DNA of 64,000 nt from Felis catus (taxonomy: Eukaryota): the NCBI RefSeq assembly GCF_018350175.1, contig NC_058368.1, positions 76,386,001 to 76,450,000 of the forward strand, in the 5' to 3' direction. Below are positions 25,545 to 39,063 of the stretch, in pieces. The stretch's first letter is position 1; the number at the start of each line of letters is the position of its first letter. A program made the translations under genes and the position numbers. Below the pieces are notes generated by a model. It saw nothing but the letters and a program-made list of their open reading frames with translations, ran no database searches and had not been told where the DNA came from.

Positions 25545-26110
25545 GTTACTTACGATAGCTAAGATAAGGGAAACGACTTAGCTTTCCATTGATTGATGAA
25601 CAGATGAAGTTCTGGTGTCTATATATACAGGGTAATATTATTCAGCCATTAAAAAATGAGAAAATCCTACCGTTTACGGCAACATGGATGAATCTTGAAG
25701 GCATGATGCTAAGTGAAATAAGTTTGACAGAGGAAGATCCACTGTATGATCTCAGCCACATGCAGCATCTTAAAGAACTCACAGACAAGGGTATCCGATT
25801 TGTGGTTGCCACAAGTGGAGGAAAGAAGGTAACCCAAGGGTACCAACTTCCAGTTAAAAGACCAAGAAATACTAGAGATACACATACAAAATGACTAGCG
25901 TTGACATTGCTGTACGATAACGTATGCAAGTTGTAAGAGGGAATCCTCAAAGTTCTCATAACCAGAATTTTTCTTTTCATTGTACGTATGTGGAAAATAC
26001 GGATGTGTTATCTGTGGTCATCGCTTCACAATATGTGTAAACCGAACCATCAAGCTATCTGCCTTAAGCTTTTATAGTGACATATGTCGATTATTTTTCA
26101 ACAGAACCAC
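25545..26110 (+). mobile_element. L1 3' end (old L1MA / carnivore type)
   Basis: attcagccattaaaaaatgagaaaatcc...acatggatgaatcttgaaggcatgatgctaagtgaaataag (ORF2 end, ILPFTATWMNLEGMMLSEIS), followed by an L1 3'UTR. Confidence 0.85.
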
Positions 26111-27699
26111 AATAACAACAAAAAGATGGCTTGAATCTTCCACCACGTATTATGTTTCCCTTCTTGGTCATTTGCTGGCTTGTGTAAATAATTATATAAC
26201 CTCTGAATTAGTACACAGCAGAAAGGGATCAATACCAGACATAGACGGATGAATATACCTCTGAGAAAATGAAATCATTATGGTTTGTGAACTATGAAAT
26301 TATGTACCTCCACCAGGCATATGCCAAGAGCTTCATGCAATGCGCCTACAATAAGGCATCATTAACTTCCAGAACTCAGCGAATGGAGCCCCCCTGCAGC
26401 TGGCCATTTGTTGTGATGGGCCCCAACTACTTTATGTTATTGACACATGCATAAAAATGATGCCGCCAATTGGCCGTGCACTAGAGGTAACCTTCGCCAC
26501 AAGGTAAATAGATCCACTGTCTTAGAAAGGCAACCAGCTCAGGTTGTGATCATTGAATACCTCAGTCCGAGATCATTGCTGAGGCGACTTGAAAACTCAA
26601 CCACCTCTCCCCCTCCACCCGTAGTTGGTTACGTGTTAGGAGGACCATAGATCTTTCTGTTGCTTTTCTTCAGTACGAGTGGGGGAAAATGTGCCAAGGA
26701 ATACAATCTGAGCAAAGCAGACAACCATAGAAATTTCATAATTTTAAAGCTACTCTGACTTCTATCTGTTGCTGTCACAGAATAAACAGCCTAGTAACTG
26801 CACCTATCTCTTTCTACACTGGTCCAGGGCAACATCCCGGGAAAATGGAGGAAAAACAAAGAGGTCATGGCTTCAGGTCTCTAGGATATTATAAACGTCT
26901 TTCTCCTCGAATTCAAGGGTTGGTGCTGAAAACCTCTGTCTTCAAAAAGTGATTTTATCCTAAATATACCTCTAGGCTAAATTGCCTCTGAGGATTATTA
27001 TTGGTCATTAGAGGTGTGTATGTGAGAAAGACCAAATCAACTTTTTTTCTGCCTGACAGTGAAAAATAATCCTTATCTTTACATTGACCAGCAAGCACAG
27101 TGAAAAAGGTGAGGTGCCCAGATCCTAATCATGTCAAAGTCTGGGAAGTGAATTGCTAGGGAATAAGTCTTTTGGTCCTTGGTTTCTTGGGCAAGACCAA
27201 CTCCTACTGAAAGAATTGAGTTTTCCCTGAAGAGGGGATGATCTCACCATGAAACAGTCATTCCAGAGGCTCTGAACACTGTGAACAAGTAAACAAGTCT
27301 AAAAAATGGTGACTAAAGTCTGATCACTCCCCCACTGCCCCAGTGCAGAGAATGTTCCTGAAATTGACTAGTCTAGTTGTTTTAGGCAAGGTGAGATGTA
27401 ACCCATCACAAAATGGGGGACGGCTGGGAGGGACAAGTGACAAGAAGGAGGATCAGACATAAAACAAACTACGTTTCCAAATACACTGCAGACCTTGCTT
27501 AAAGGGGATGGGGTGAAAGAAGGATGCCATCCTCAAAGGATTAGGATTGTGTTAATAATTATCATAACCTCAGGAGCCTTGATACATTGCCACTCACTGC
27601 TGGACCCCACAAACCATCTAAGGACTATCCTCCTCAAAGCTCGATTACTGAAATACCAAAATATTTTTTAATGTTAAAAGAAATTTAATGTAATTTTAA

Positions 27700-28345
27700 T
27701 GTACTAGGTTAGGATCCCTCAAAAACGGATGCCCATCCAGAAACTCAGAATGTGACCGTATTTGGAAATAGGGTTTTTGAAGATATAATCAAGTTAAAAT
27801 AAGTTCATACTGTACTAGAGTGGGCCCTAATCCAGTAACTGGGGTCTTTAAAACAGACGGCAAACTTGGACACAAAGACTCAAAGAAAAAGTTAGAAGAG
27901 GACGCACAGGGAGAATGGCATGGGGTTGGTGTAATGTGTCTACGAACCAAGGAACACCAAAGTAGATAGCAACCACCAGAAGCTGGAAAAAGGCGAAAAG
28001 AGCATCTGCTTCAAGGAAAAGGGCACCTGGGTGGCTCAGCTGGTTAAGCATCTGACTCTTGGTTCCAGTTCAGATCATGATCTCATGATCTGTGAGTTCG
28101 AGCCCCAAGTCAGGCTCTGTACTGACAGGGCAGAGCCTGCTTGGGATTCTCTCTCACCCTCTCTGTCTCTGTCCCTCCCCTGTTTGCGCTCTCTCTCTCT
28201 CTCTCTCAAAATAAATAAACTTAAAAAAAAATTAAAAAATCCTTCAAGGAAAGCATAGCTTTGCGGATGCCTGGGTTTCAGACTTCTAGCTGACAGAACA
28301 ATGAGCAAATACTTTTCTGTTGTGTTAAACCACCCAATTGGTGAA
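27700..28345 (+). mobile_element. MLT1 (B/C-type) LTR, interrupted by a SINE
   Basis: cagaatgtgaccgtatttggaaatagggtttttgaagatataatcaag...ggccctaatcca...accagaagctggaaaa...ttctgttgtgttaaaccacc. Confidence 0.85.
28021..28239 (+). mobile_element. CanSINE
   Basis: TSD cttcaaggaaa. Confidence 0.95.
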
Positions 28346-28402
28346 CCATTATAGATATACTACTGAAAATAATAATTATGATTATAGAAATAATATCTAC
28401 CA

Positions 28403-28620
28403 GGGTGCCTGGATGGCTCAGTCAGTTAAATGTCTGACTTCAACTCAGGTCATGATCTCATGGCTTATGGGTTCAAGCCCTGCATCGGGCTCTGTGCTGA
28501 CAGCTCAGAGCCTGGAGCCTGCTTCGGATTCTGTGTCTCCCTCTGTCTCCCTGCCCCTCCCTTGCTCATGCTTGGGCACTGTCTCTCAAAAATAAACATT
28601 AAAAAACATTTTAAAAATAT
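28403..28620 (+). mobile_element. CanSINE
   Basis: Canonical body and tail. Confidence 0.95.
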
Positions 28621-29481
28621 CAAAGAAAACTGCCTTACCATTTAAACAAAAAGAGAAATATCCCATTAAAAGGATGGCAGGAAGCAAGAAATAGGCTCCA
28701 CAAGTAGCAAGGACTTGGGTGGAACATTAATCATAGCGCTGACTCTCCCAGGACCCCTGGCTCCTTACTGCTAAAAGGAGGTCAACAAAAATCCTTGTGT
28801 ATATTTCATGTAGTTTTTTTTTTCAACATGGACTTTTGAAAGGTCAAACAAAACATTTTAAGGCAATGGCAAGTGTAAGGTTCTATGCAGATATAAATCG
28901 CCATTATTAATAACCATAGGCCGGTTTGGTTCTTTAATAGCATTGAAATTTAAGAGAATAATTCCAGGTAAGTTGTTTAGAAATCATCGCTCTTTAACTC
29001 TCCTGGAATAAATTTCTCAGCCTGGATCAAAGATTTAATAAAAGGGCAAAGAACAAACGGATATTAGCAATCAAAAAAGAGAAAACATTTACAAAGGTCA
29101 GTCTACCTCTACAAGCAACAATATATTTTACAAATTAAAAATCTACATAATGGTGCAAATGTGTGGCTTAGGGAATAATGGACTAGAATTGTGTATAAAT
29201 ACAAAAGATACTTATAGATACAAATATGCACAAACGCTAATACGCACGTACTCTAGGGTTACGGCACATAGCATACCTGTCTTTAGTTGGGGTAGTCTCT
29301 TAAAAAAAAAAACAAAAACAGGAAATACCATTGACCTCCACAAATTGTGGTCAAGAAAATATAATGGCATCTCCAATCCAGGCTAAAAATGTCATTTGTT
29401 ACTTTGTCCATCAGCAGTACTAGTCATGAATATTTTTTACCATGTTTGTAAATAAGTATGGTTAAGAACCGCACTTAGGTA

Positions 29482-29715
29482 GCCGCCACTCTGGAAAACA
29501 GAGGTTCCTCAAAAAATTAAAAACAGAACTACGCTACGACCCAGCAATTGCACTACTAGGTATTTATCCAAAGGATACAGGAGTGCTGATTCGAAGGGGC
29601 ACACACACCCCAACATTTATAGCAGCGCCTTTGACAATAGCCGAAGTATGGAAAGAGCCCAAATGTCCATCGACTGATGAATGGATAAAGAAGATGTGGT
29701 GTATATGCGTGTGTG

Positions 29716-29764
<49 letters not shown>

Positions 29765-30185
29765 AAATATTGCTGGGAGATCAAAAAGAATGAAATCTTG
29801 CCCTTTGCAATAATGTGGATGGAACTAGAGTGCATTATGCTAAGAGAAATAAGTCTGAGAAAGACAAATATCATGATTTCACTCATATGTGTAATTTAAG
29901 ATACAAAACAAATGAACATAAGAGAAGGGAAGCAAAAATAATATAAAACCAGAGAGATGGAGACAAACCATGAGGACTCTTAAATACAGAAAACTGAGGG
30001 TTGGTGGCAGGGTGTTGGGTGAGAGGAAGGGCTAAAGGGGTGAGGGGCATTGAGGAGGACCTTTGTTGGGATGAGCACTGGGAGTTATATATAAAGGGAT
30101 GAATCACTAAATTCTATTCCTGAAATCATTATTACACTATGTGTTAACTCGAATTTCAAAAAAAAAAAAAAAAAAGAAAAGAAAA
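29482..30185 (+). mobile_element. L1 3' fragment (carnivore) with internal (CA)n and a poly-A tail
   Basis: gccactctggaaaaca...gacccagcaattgcactactaggtatttatccaaagga...(TPTFIAAPLTIAEVWKEPKCPSTDEWIKKMW), then 3'UTR and A tail at about 30157-30185. Confidence 0.93.
29719..29762. repeat. (AC)n microsatellite within the L1
   Basis: Directly visible. Confidence 0.95.
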
Positions 30186-30189
30186 CCAA

Positions 30190-30280
30190 GCCTACGTGGC
30201 TTGGTTTGTTGGGCATCTGACTCTTGATTTCAGCTCAGGTCATGGTCCCAGGGTCGTGGGATCGAGCCCCATGTCAGGCT
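30190..30280 (+). mobile_element. Truncated CanSINE, head only
   Basis: gcatctgactcttgatttcagctcaggtcatg...gggatcgagccccatgtcaggct with no CT linker or tail. Confidence 0.8.
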
Positions 30281-30327
30281 AAGAACTAGATTAGCAGTAG
30301 CAACTGGAACTCTATCTCTTGAGAGGA

Positions 30328-30558
30328 TTTTTTTTTTTTTAGTATTTATTTTTGAGAGAGAGAAAGAGAGAATGAATGAATGAATGGATATGGAAGCAGG
30401 GGGTGGGGCAGAGAGAGAAGGAGACACAGAATCCTAAGCAGTCTCCATGCTCTGAGCCTTCAGCACAGAGCCCAAAGCGAGGCTCAAACTCACGAGCCGT
30501 GAGATCATGACCTGAGCCAAAGTTGGATGCTTAACTGAGTGAGCCACCCAGGCGCCCC
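30328..30558 (-). mobile_element. CanSINE
   Basis: Antisense SINE ending gagccacccaggcgcccc. Confidence 0.95.
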
Positions 30559-32325
30559 TCAAGAGGAAATTTAATTAGTATTTATTGAACAATTATATTT
30601 TAAAACAGTTGTGTGGCTCATAAAAAATGAAAAAATATATATATACCATATGTATTAGTGTCACTATGGTCAACATTAAAGTCAAACGTCTACCACATTC
30701 GAAGGGAGTTTTGAAACTCAAATAAATGAACAGTATTTACAATGTCTAAACAGGCCCCCTTACCTGGCCTCAGACTTCTCAAAAATTGTGTTCCTTTTTA
30801 TTCTGAGCCCACATTGTCACATGAGAAAATGAAAAAAATATACACCATATGAAAAATATGGTATATATACCACACCATACTATTGTCACATGATCGCAGC
30901 TAAGTCTCACATCCAGCAAAAGCCCACTCATCCAAAAGGGCAGATGTGACAAATAAAAACCTTTCAGTGCCCTGCAGATCCTGCCCTAAACTCCATTCAC
31001 CCACCTAAGCTCTTCCGACTGGGGAACTCTCATCTTCATGGTGAATTCTCTGAAAGGTCACGAGTGCCTGCTTTCTCATCAACTCCCAAGCCCATTTCCC
31101 AATGCTCAAGCCTGTCCCCTTTCTCTGATTGCTTGGTGTTCTTGATCGCTGGTTCCTGAAACTTATTCCTCCTCGACTTCCTGGGTTTCCATGTACTGTC
31201 CTCATCATCCCTTCCCAGGCTCCTTGCTGGCTTTGCTTCCTACACCCGATTCTCAAAGGTAAATGCTCTCCAGCCAAGGGTCTTCAGCTCTCTGCAGTTA
31301 CCTCAGAGACCCCTCTGTTCTTCCCTAGTCTTGACCTCTGTCTTCAACTGGAGAGCCACAGCCACCCCCCGCTGCTTGCAAGATTATTTTCAAGAGGGTA
31401 TATATGGTCTATTTGGTAATTCTTTCAAAATATTTTAGTATAACCAGTGGTGTGTCCTTTTACTATCATATATTAAATTCGCAATCTATATAGCAGCTAC
31501 AGAAAATGCTTTAAACCCTATTGCCTAAGTTATATAGGCTTAGTATAAATTATGCCAGAAATTTTTCATTGATGAAACAAATATCCATGAAAGATTTCAT
31601 AGAACCCACTGCCGTTACAGGAGACAGAAGATATAGGAGTCTCATACCTAGAGTTATGGTTTGCCTTCTTTTCTGCCCCTTCAACTCTACCTTCTGTTCC
31701 CTATCCCCAACTCACCTCACCCCTGTCCCTTTGCACCAACTACACAGAGGGGACTTCATTTCCCGACCTGACTAGAAGTTTGGCCAACCCTTCAATCGAC
31801 TACCATTGCATCCATCTTAGAATTAACCTTTCCTGCAAGGTACTCGCCAGAAGGTGTGAGACAAAGGGGAGATGCCTGTGCACTTACGAGTACCTCCACT
31901 ATGTGTTGTCGTTGCTGTTTTCCTTGCTTGCTAATTATGTTTTCCCTTGGGGAGAATTTTGGGCTGATAGTTGCTATAAGATATAAACACATAATGAGGT
32001 TGTGGCAGAGACAGGTTGTAGCTGAGAATTCATGTAGCCCCTACCTAGAAGTCTACTGTTAGGGATCCCCTGACCATTGCTGAATAGCAGAATTGGCTTA
32101 GGTCAGCATACAAATGCAATAAAAAAAAAAAATTCACTGTTATTGAAGTCACATAGTCGAGATCTCCCAGTTTTCTACCCTTTCCAAATGCCTGACTCCA
32201 GATTTCGTATTTTCTCTCCCTCCCAGTCTGGAAACATGGTAGGTCTCCCTTTCTCCCCCACCTCCACATCGTACAGCAGTCCTGTCTTGTTACCGCCTTT
32301 CCCATTACACTCCGCTGTCTGTTCT

Positions 32326-32732
32326 TGTTATGGATTGAATCGTGTCTCCATAAAGTGGTGAGGCTCTAGTCTCTTATACCTGTGTATGTAAATAGGTCAT
32401 ATTTACCTTATTTGTAAATAGGTCATTGGAGATGTGGTCAAATTAAGATGAGGTGGTTAGGACGGGCTTAATCCAATAGTAGTAGGGCTCTCATAAGAGG
32501 AAAAACACCGACACCAGGGAAGACAACCATGTGAAAACAGGCAGAAACTAGAGTCCTTGCTGCTATAAGCCAAGGAACCTTGGGGCTACCAGAAGCTGGA
32601 AAAGGCAAGGAAGGATCCTCTCCTAAAGGTTTTGGTGGGAACATGGCCATGCTGACACTTCAGAACTAGGTAACAATACATGTATTTCAAGCCACCCAGT
32701 CTGTACTTTGTCACGATAGCCCTAGGAAACTC
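32326..32732 (+). mobile_element. MLT1 (B/C-type) solo LTR
   Basis: tgttatggattgaatcgtgtc...aaattaagatgagg...taagccaagga...ccagaagctggaaaaggcaaggaaggat...agccctaggaaac. Confidence 0.88.
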
Positions 32733-35648
32733 TGGCAAGCCCCAACATTACTGATCCTGCTTAGCCCTCAGAATAAATTGGTGCCCAGTAATTGCTTGTC
32801 ATACGAACGTCTGATGATTGATGACTTCAAGGCGCTGATCCCATTCGCCTCTTCATCCTTTGTATTGAGATGAGATTAATTTTCCTATTGTGTGGCTTTG
32901 ACTCTTGTGATTCTCTTGCTCAAAATCCTTGAGGATTATTACCTACATTTAGAACAGAGTCAAAATCCTGAGCAGGTCTCCAAACTCTGCTCTCCAACTG
33001 TTTATCTCCTTCCCTAGACACTGGAGACCCCAGCCCTTCCCCCAAAGCCCTGTTTCCCACACCTCTACCCCAAACTGTTCCCCACTTGAACTGCCCTTTC
33101 TCTTTTCTCCACCAGTCAGACCTAACTTACAAGCCATTGCTTGAGTAACGGCTTTCACAATCGCTAGAGTAGGCATTTGCATCTTCCTGCTTCATAAAAC
33201 CACAAGTATTCGTATCTCTATTGTAACACCCTACAATTCACTCTACAACACAATTTTCTATCTCCCCCACTGGGTTCCAAACTCCTTTTTGCGTGCTCTG
33301 CACTGCCTCCCGGAGACACCGGCGTATCGCGTAATACTGATTGAACTGGGGAAAAAAATGAATTGTGGGTCGTCTATCAAATTCAGTAGTCACTCGTTAA
33401 TGAGGCAGAGTCCATCCTCCTTATCAAAAGGTGTCCACAGACACCTGTGCAGTCAGGTCAAGTCTTCATAAGTTGCCAAGCAATAGATCATGCGTCAGAG
33501 ACAAACGACCCTCATGCAATTGCTTGGTAACATGCAAGTGTTTGGTAACGTGACCACTCTGCATGCCCGTGGACACGAACAGTCTAGTCACTGCTTATGT
33601 TTCCCTTCTCAACTTTTCTAAATGGAAAAAGGGAATAGGTTAGCGTGCATATACATGCATTCATATTTATAGATACATCAACAAATGTCAACTCACCATA
33701 CGCCTAAGAGAATTTGCTAAAAAGGGAAGAGGTTATCAGAAATATGCTACCTAAAGACAGGAAATTGAGTCCTGTTACCTAATCTTTACAGAAACCTTGG
33801 AATTCTTTTGCTAGTGTCATGCCACAACACACAATTGACACAGGCTGGTATTTATCTTTGCAACTTATGGCAACAATAAGGCTGGATCATGACTAACTGC
33901 GGAATGCCATTTTATAGGAATCCTTCAGTTCCTTAGTGTTCAAGCATTCCAGTTGCTGTATGTAGCTGATTAACTGGACTTAATAGACTTTCCTTGCTAA
34001 GTTCCGTTGTTGCTTCTGGCTCTATGGATTTATTCTGGCTCAGCTAATTGATGCCCTGTTTCAAATGCTCGCAGTAAAAGGTTTGCACGTAAGAACTATT
34101 TTACTATTTTTCTGGAAGGAACAAAAATTAGAAATAAGTGGTGTGCAAGATCTAGGAAATGACTGGGAGTGAGGAAAACTGGTTTGCAAAGGTGTTGCCA
34201 AAAACGAATACCTTGAGATAAGTACTTTTATTACGAAAGGTAGTATCCAGCATAGAACAAATGGCGTCACCTGCAAAAGGAAACGTGAATCTCAAAACCA
34301 AAAAAGGCAATCTAGTTTGCATTTCCACGTCTATACTTCCCAGTGTCGAACTGCATTCTTCATTTCTGCCTCGCCCCTGTGCATTTCCAAGACAATGAAG
34401 AGCTTAAAAAGATGCAACATCACTAACTCCACCAATGCTCTGAGTAGAACACTTGAGTGTTCAGAGTTCAGTCTTGAGCATTAACTTCCCATTGCATCGT
34501 TTTGTTTTGCTTTAAACAAACATCACTGTGTCTTACACTCAAATCCTTTGCTATATATCCTCATAACTCCCAAAGACCAAACGATAAAGAAGATGAGTGA
34601 CAGGCTTCCTCGTCCCCACCCCACCTCCATCATGAGCTAGCTGCTCAAATAACACAATCAGATCTCAGCAGTTCAAACACAACCATATATCCCGACTTTC
34701 TGTGAAAACAGGTTTGGGGAAGCGATGAAGACTTGATATCTATTCATTGTAAGAAACAGAACTTGAGTTCCGGCTCTCCCACCTTTGCATAAAGTTCTCA
34801 TTGATTCTTAGGGGGTTAGCAATGTCATAGCTTTTAGAAAGTGTAACCAAGAAGCTCCCCAGAGCATTAGGTTTCACCATTTAGTTTTATTCCTTTGGGG
34901 ATTTTCAACTTTAATTATCATCAATACCATGGTTTTATAAGGATAAGAATGTGGATATTCATAGGAAGGCGGGGAAACGCTGGATATATCTGAACTATGT
35001 TCATTAGCAACCAGTGGGATAAATTCAAATGTTTCACAGACTTATGTACATACCAAACTAATCTTCAGAGGTACTGAACATTTGGATTGTGTTTCCTCGT
35101 ACAGCGGGATTGACTTCACAGAACACCGATCATATTGGCTTGTCCTCAACCTATTTCCGTTAAGTTTTCCTGTCCCCCAAAAGCATTTGAGAAAGCAAAA
35201 ACCAGGTATGTTACTGGTCCTTGAGAGGCTAAAGTCAGTTTAGAGGTCAGAAGTTAGGGAAAATAGAGACATGGAAATTGTTAAAGTCATAATGATGTCG
35301 TAAAGAAAATTGTTTCAAAGAGTTTTTCAGTATAAGCATTTTCTATGGGTTATATTAATCTGGAAAGATAAGTGATCTTCCTATGAGCAATTTTAAAGGT
35401 ATGAAGGACCACTGGTATTGTTCTTAGTACCATGTATAACATCTCAAGTAACAGCAAAACAACATAGCAACCTCATTACTACACATTAAACTTTAACGGC
35501 GTCATATTTCTATGTATAACAATATTAAAATAGGAGTGGAGTCATAAGTTGGTCTTTTTCCCATAAACATTCCATTTGACAGTAATACCTAGAGTTGACT
35601 TCCTTCCCACGTCCGAAATGTGAGTCAGTAAAAGTGAAACATATTTCT

Positions 35649-35864
35649 GGGGTGCCTGTGTGGCTCAGTCAGTTAAGCGTCCGACTTCGGCTCAGGTCAC
35701 GATCTCGCGGTCCGCGAGTTCGAGCCCCGCATCGGGCTCTGGGCTGATGGCTCAGAGCCTGGAGCCTGTTTCCGATTCTGTGTCTCCCTCTCTCTCTGCC
35801 CCTCCCCCGTTCATGCTCTGTCTCTCTCTGTCTCAAAAATAAACGTTAAAAAAAAATTTTTTTC
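35649..35864 (+). mobile_element. Young felid CanSINE (SINEC_Fc-like)
   Basis: CpG-rich body; TSD aaacatatttct. Confidence 0.97.
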
Positions 35865-35997
35865 AAACATATTTCTAAAAGATACAAAGTTATACCAATA
35901 GACGGACACCAACTGACATGCATCCTTAGCATTCAACTTCACAGCTGATCTTGAAAATGATGCATCAGAAACGAGTGTGCTCAAAAAAGTCAGTTTT

Positions 35998-36215
35998 TTT
36001 CTATTTTTTTTAACGTTTTATTTATTTTTGAGACAGGGAGAGACAGAGCATGAACAGGGGAGGGGCAGAGAGAGAGGGAGACACAGAATCTGAAACAGGC
36101 TCCAGGCTCTGAGCCATCAGCCCAGAGCCGGACGCGGGGCTCGAACTCGCGGACCGCAAGATCGTGACCTGAGTCGAAGTCGGACGCTTAACCGACTGAG
36201 CCATCCAGGTGCCCC
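35998..36215 (-). mobile_element. Young felid CanSINE (SINEC_Fc-like)
   Basis: CpG-rich antisense body; TSD tcaaaaaagtcagtttt. Confidence 0.97.
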
Positions 36216-37429
36216 TCAAAAAAGTCAGTTTTAACGGATTTCAACTCCCCATAACAACTGGAAATCCAGTTTTTAAAGTTGACTTATTCAAATACTTTGT
36301 ATCATGTAAACCAAATTATCAGAAATATTTAACAAAGAGCAATTTTTATCTCTTTGGCATGTTAGGTCTCAAACAACAAAAACAAAAAACAAACAACAAC
36401 AACAAAAAAAAACATGCCAGGTTTCCTCAGTTAGGCTTAAGTACAAAAATTTCTGGTACCCAACTTTTCCACTTTTTTTTTTTTGCAACAAGATAAAAAT
36501 AAAAATGTATCCTATTAATTAAAAAAGGCATCAAGACGACAAAATTCTTTGAGAAATGCAAGTTAAAATGGAAAAAAAAAGGTGGAAAGGGTACAAAAAT
36601 TACAGCAGAAGTTCAAAGTAAATAACAAACTGCTTCATAAATACTGGAATTTAAAAGGAACAAAATGGAACGGATATTTCTGAAATGAACATATGGTGTC
36701 TTACCCTTTAATAAATTGGTATTAGTATCAACAGCAAAAATAAAAATAAAAGATAAAGGAGCTAATGCTTATTCAAAACCAATTCCAAACCGCAGACTAC
36801 ACAAAATAGACTTAACGCAATGCAGGAAACCCCACAAGTCTCCAGATTGGCACTTGTCATTGTTCAAACAGGAAAAACAGTGAAGTGTTGATTTAAGGAT
36901 CTGTAACGTTGTCCATAAAGAAGTAGCATTGGGGTAGATATAATGGAGGTAAGTAAAGTGTTTCCCTTTCTCAAAGGATATCCTTTACTCAAAAAAATTT
37001 CATTTAATGGTTTCAGGGAAACAGCACACCGCTTTAACAGAGAAACCTCAAGATTCCGCAATCGTTCCCGTATTGAAGATATTCCCAAGCATAACAGGGA
37101 GCTCGCCAACCACCTGAGACAAGAAATTGATCCTCTACTGTAAAATGCATCTTAACACTATGGTTAGTCTCAAGGAATTTAGGAGACCCAAGAATACATC
37201 TCTGGCTTGCCTTCCCTGCCACAAACACGTGTAATTGTAGTGACATTTGAATCTGGATGCACATACCTCTCTAAAAGTATAGAATAGTATGTACGAATGC
37301 CACCAGGGGAAACCAGCAGGGAATAGGAATGTAACCGAAGAGCCTGTGTGGATATGTGTGCACACATACAGGTGAGATTTTTACGTCAGCAACATTTTCT
37401 GCGGTTGACTTTTCCTTTTTTTTTTTTTT

Positions 37430-38110
37430 TTTTTAAGCCACTTGGAGGTGTAACTGATATACACAAAGCCATACAGTTTCATGTGCAAAATCTGATGAGT
37501 TTGGAGATAAGTGTTCACCATGAAACTATCACCACAATCAATGTCCTAAACCTCCATCACCTCCAAAAGTGTCCTCTGGACCTGTATTTATTTATTTACT
37601 GTTAGAGGAACACCTAAGATCTACCTTCTTAGCAAGTTTAGGTCCACAACAGGGGCGCCTGGGTGGCGCAGTCGGTTAAGCGTCCGACTTCAGCCAGGTC
37701 ACGATCTCGCGGTCCGTGAGTTCGAGCCCCGCGTCGGGCTCTGGGCTGATGGCTCAGAGCCTGGAGCCTGTTTCCGATTCTGTGTCTCCCTCTCTCTCTG
37801 CCCCTCCCCCGTTCATGCTCTGTCTCTCTCTGTCCCAAAAATAAATAAACGTTGAAAAAAAAAAAAAAAGGTTAGGTCCACAACAGTGTCAGCTATAGGC
37901 ACGATGCTAGATAGTGCATCTCTGGGACGTATTCAGAATATTGTATCCCTTTGAATAATACCTTCGCGGTCCCTCCCCTTCACCCAGCCCCTGGCAACTG
38001 CTATTCCAAGCTCTGCTTCTATGAGTGACCAATTCTTCCATGGTAATGGTACAATACAGTATTTGATCTGTGTCTGGCTATTCCCCTTAGCTATCATGTC
38101 CCCCAGGGTT
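37430..38110 (-). mobile_element. Old L1 3' end (L1MA/MB type), interrupted by a SINE
   Basis: gaggtgtaactgatatac...catgaaactatcaccacaatcaa...ccagcccctggcaac...ctctgcttctatgagt. Confidence 0.75.
37652..37871 (+). mobile_element. Very young felid CanSINE
   Basis: CpGs retained; perfect TSD ttaggtccacaaca. Confidence 0.98.
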
Positions 38111-38409
38111 GATCTTAAAGTGACACATATACCTACACTAAACTGTGATCAGTATTAGTGGAATGATTCCCAACATTTCAACAATTCGAGAGTACTTTAC
38201 TCTATGAATTTCATGACCTGAAAGGTCTCAAATTTTCCTCCCGAGGAAAATGGAATTTAAAATCTGTTTGCTACTGCATTCATTAGAGACAAATTTAACT
38301 GAAGCGACAGCAAAAACAGCACCTGGTACACAAGTTGCTGAAGTCTTATTCCATCGAAGGATTTAAAAGATCTTGTGCGCACTTAAGATTCTGAGAACCA
38401 GTGTCAGAG

Positions 38410-38580
38410 ACCCTTTGACTTAGAAGCAAGAAATCCTGCTGTAAATCTTAGCTCTCATATTTACTGGCTGTGAGTAACCACTTAAACCCTGTTCGGGAAC
38501 CTCAGTCTCGACGTCAGTAAAATGAAGGTAAGGATACCATCATGCCAATGTCATAGGTTATTGTAAGGATCAAGTTTTTT
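38410..38580 (+). mobile_element. MIR
   Basis: atttactggctgtgag...cacttaaacc...cctcagtctc...gtaaaatgaag...cataggttattgtaaggat. Confidence 0.6.
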
Positions 38581-38842
38581 AAAAACAATATATGTTTTAC
38601 CACACCAGACACATTCATTATTAAAAGTTTAACTACTTTGATGAGTATTTCTGGCATACATAAACCATAAATGATTGGACCATTCCAAAGTAATGGTGAA
38701 AGGGATCTATGCATTCCCCCACCACTACACCCCGCAAGAAGCTTTGTAAAATCACAACAGACAGTGTCAAGAAAACGCAGAAGCACGCAACGCGTCACAG
38801 AAAAAGTCAGAAAATCCTTGCTGTTAAGAATGGTTAAGAATG

Positions 38843-39063
38843 GGGGCGCCTGGGTGGCGCAGTCGGTTAAGCGTCCGACTTCAGCCAGGTCACGATCTCG
38901 CGGTCCGTGAGTTCGAGCCCTGCATCAGGCTCTGGGCTGATGGCTCAGAGCCTGGAGCCTGTTTCAGATTCTGTGTCTCCCTCTCTCTCTGCCCCTCCCC
39001 CGTTCATGCTCTGTCTCTCTCTGTCCCAAAAATAAATAAACGTTGAAAAAAAAAATTTTTTAA
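38843..39063 (+). mobile_element. Very young felid CanSINE
   Basis: Perfect TSD aagaatggttaagaatg. Confidence 0.98.

Noticed and set aside
35660..36219. Recurrent ORFs of the MAQSVKRPTSAQV... type here and at many other positions
   Set aside because: All are translations of CanSINE bodies, not a gene family.
36215..36243. About 28-bp similarity to about 36988-37015 (ctcaaaaaa...tttaa.gg.tttca)
   Set aside because: Short and AT-rich; indistinguishable from chance.
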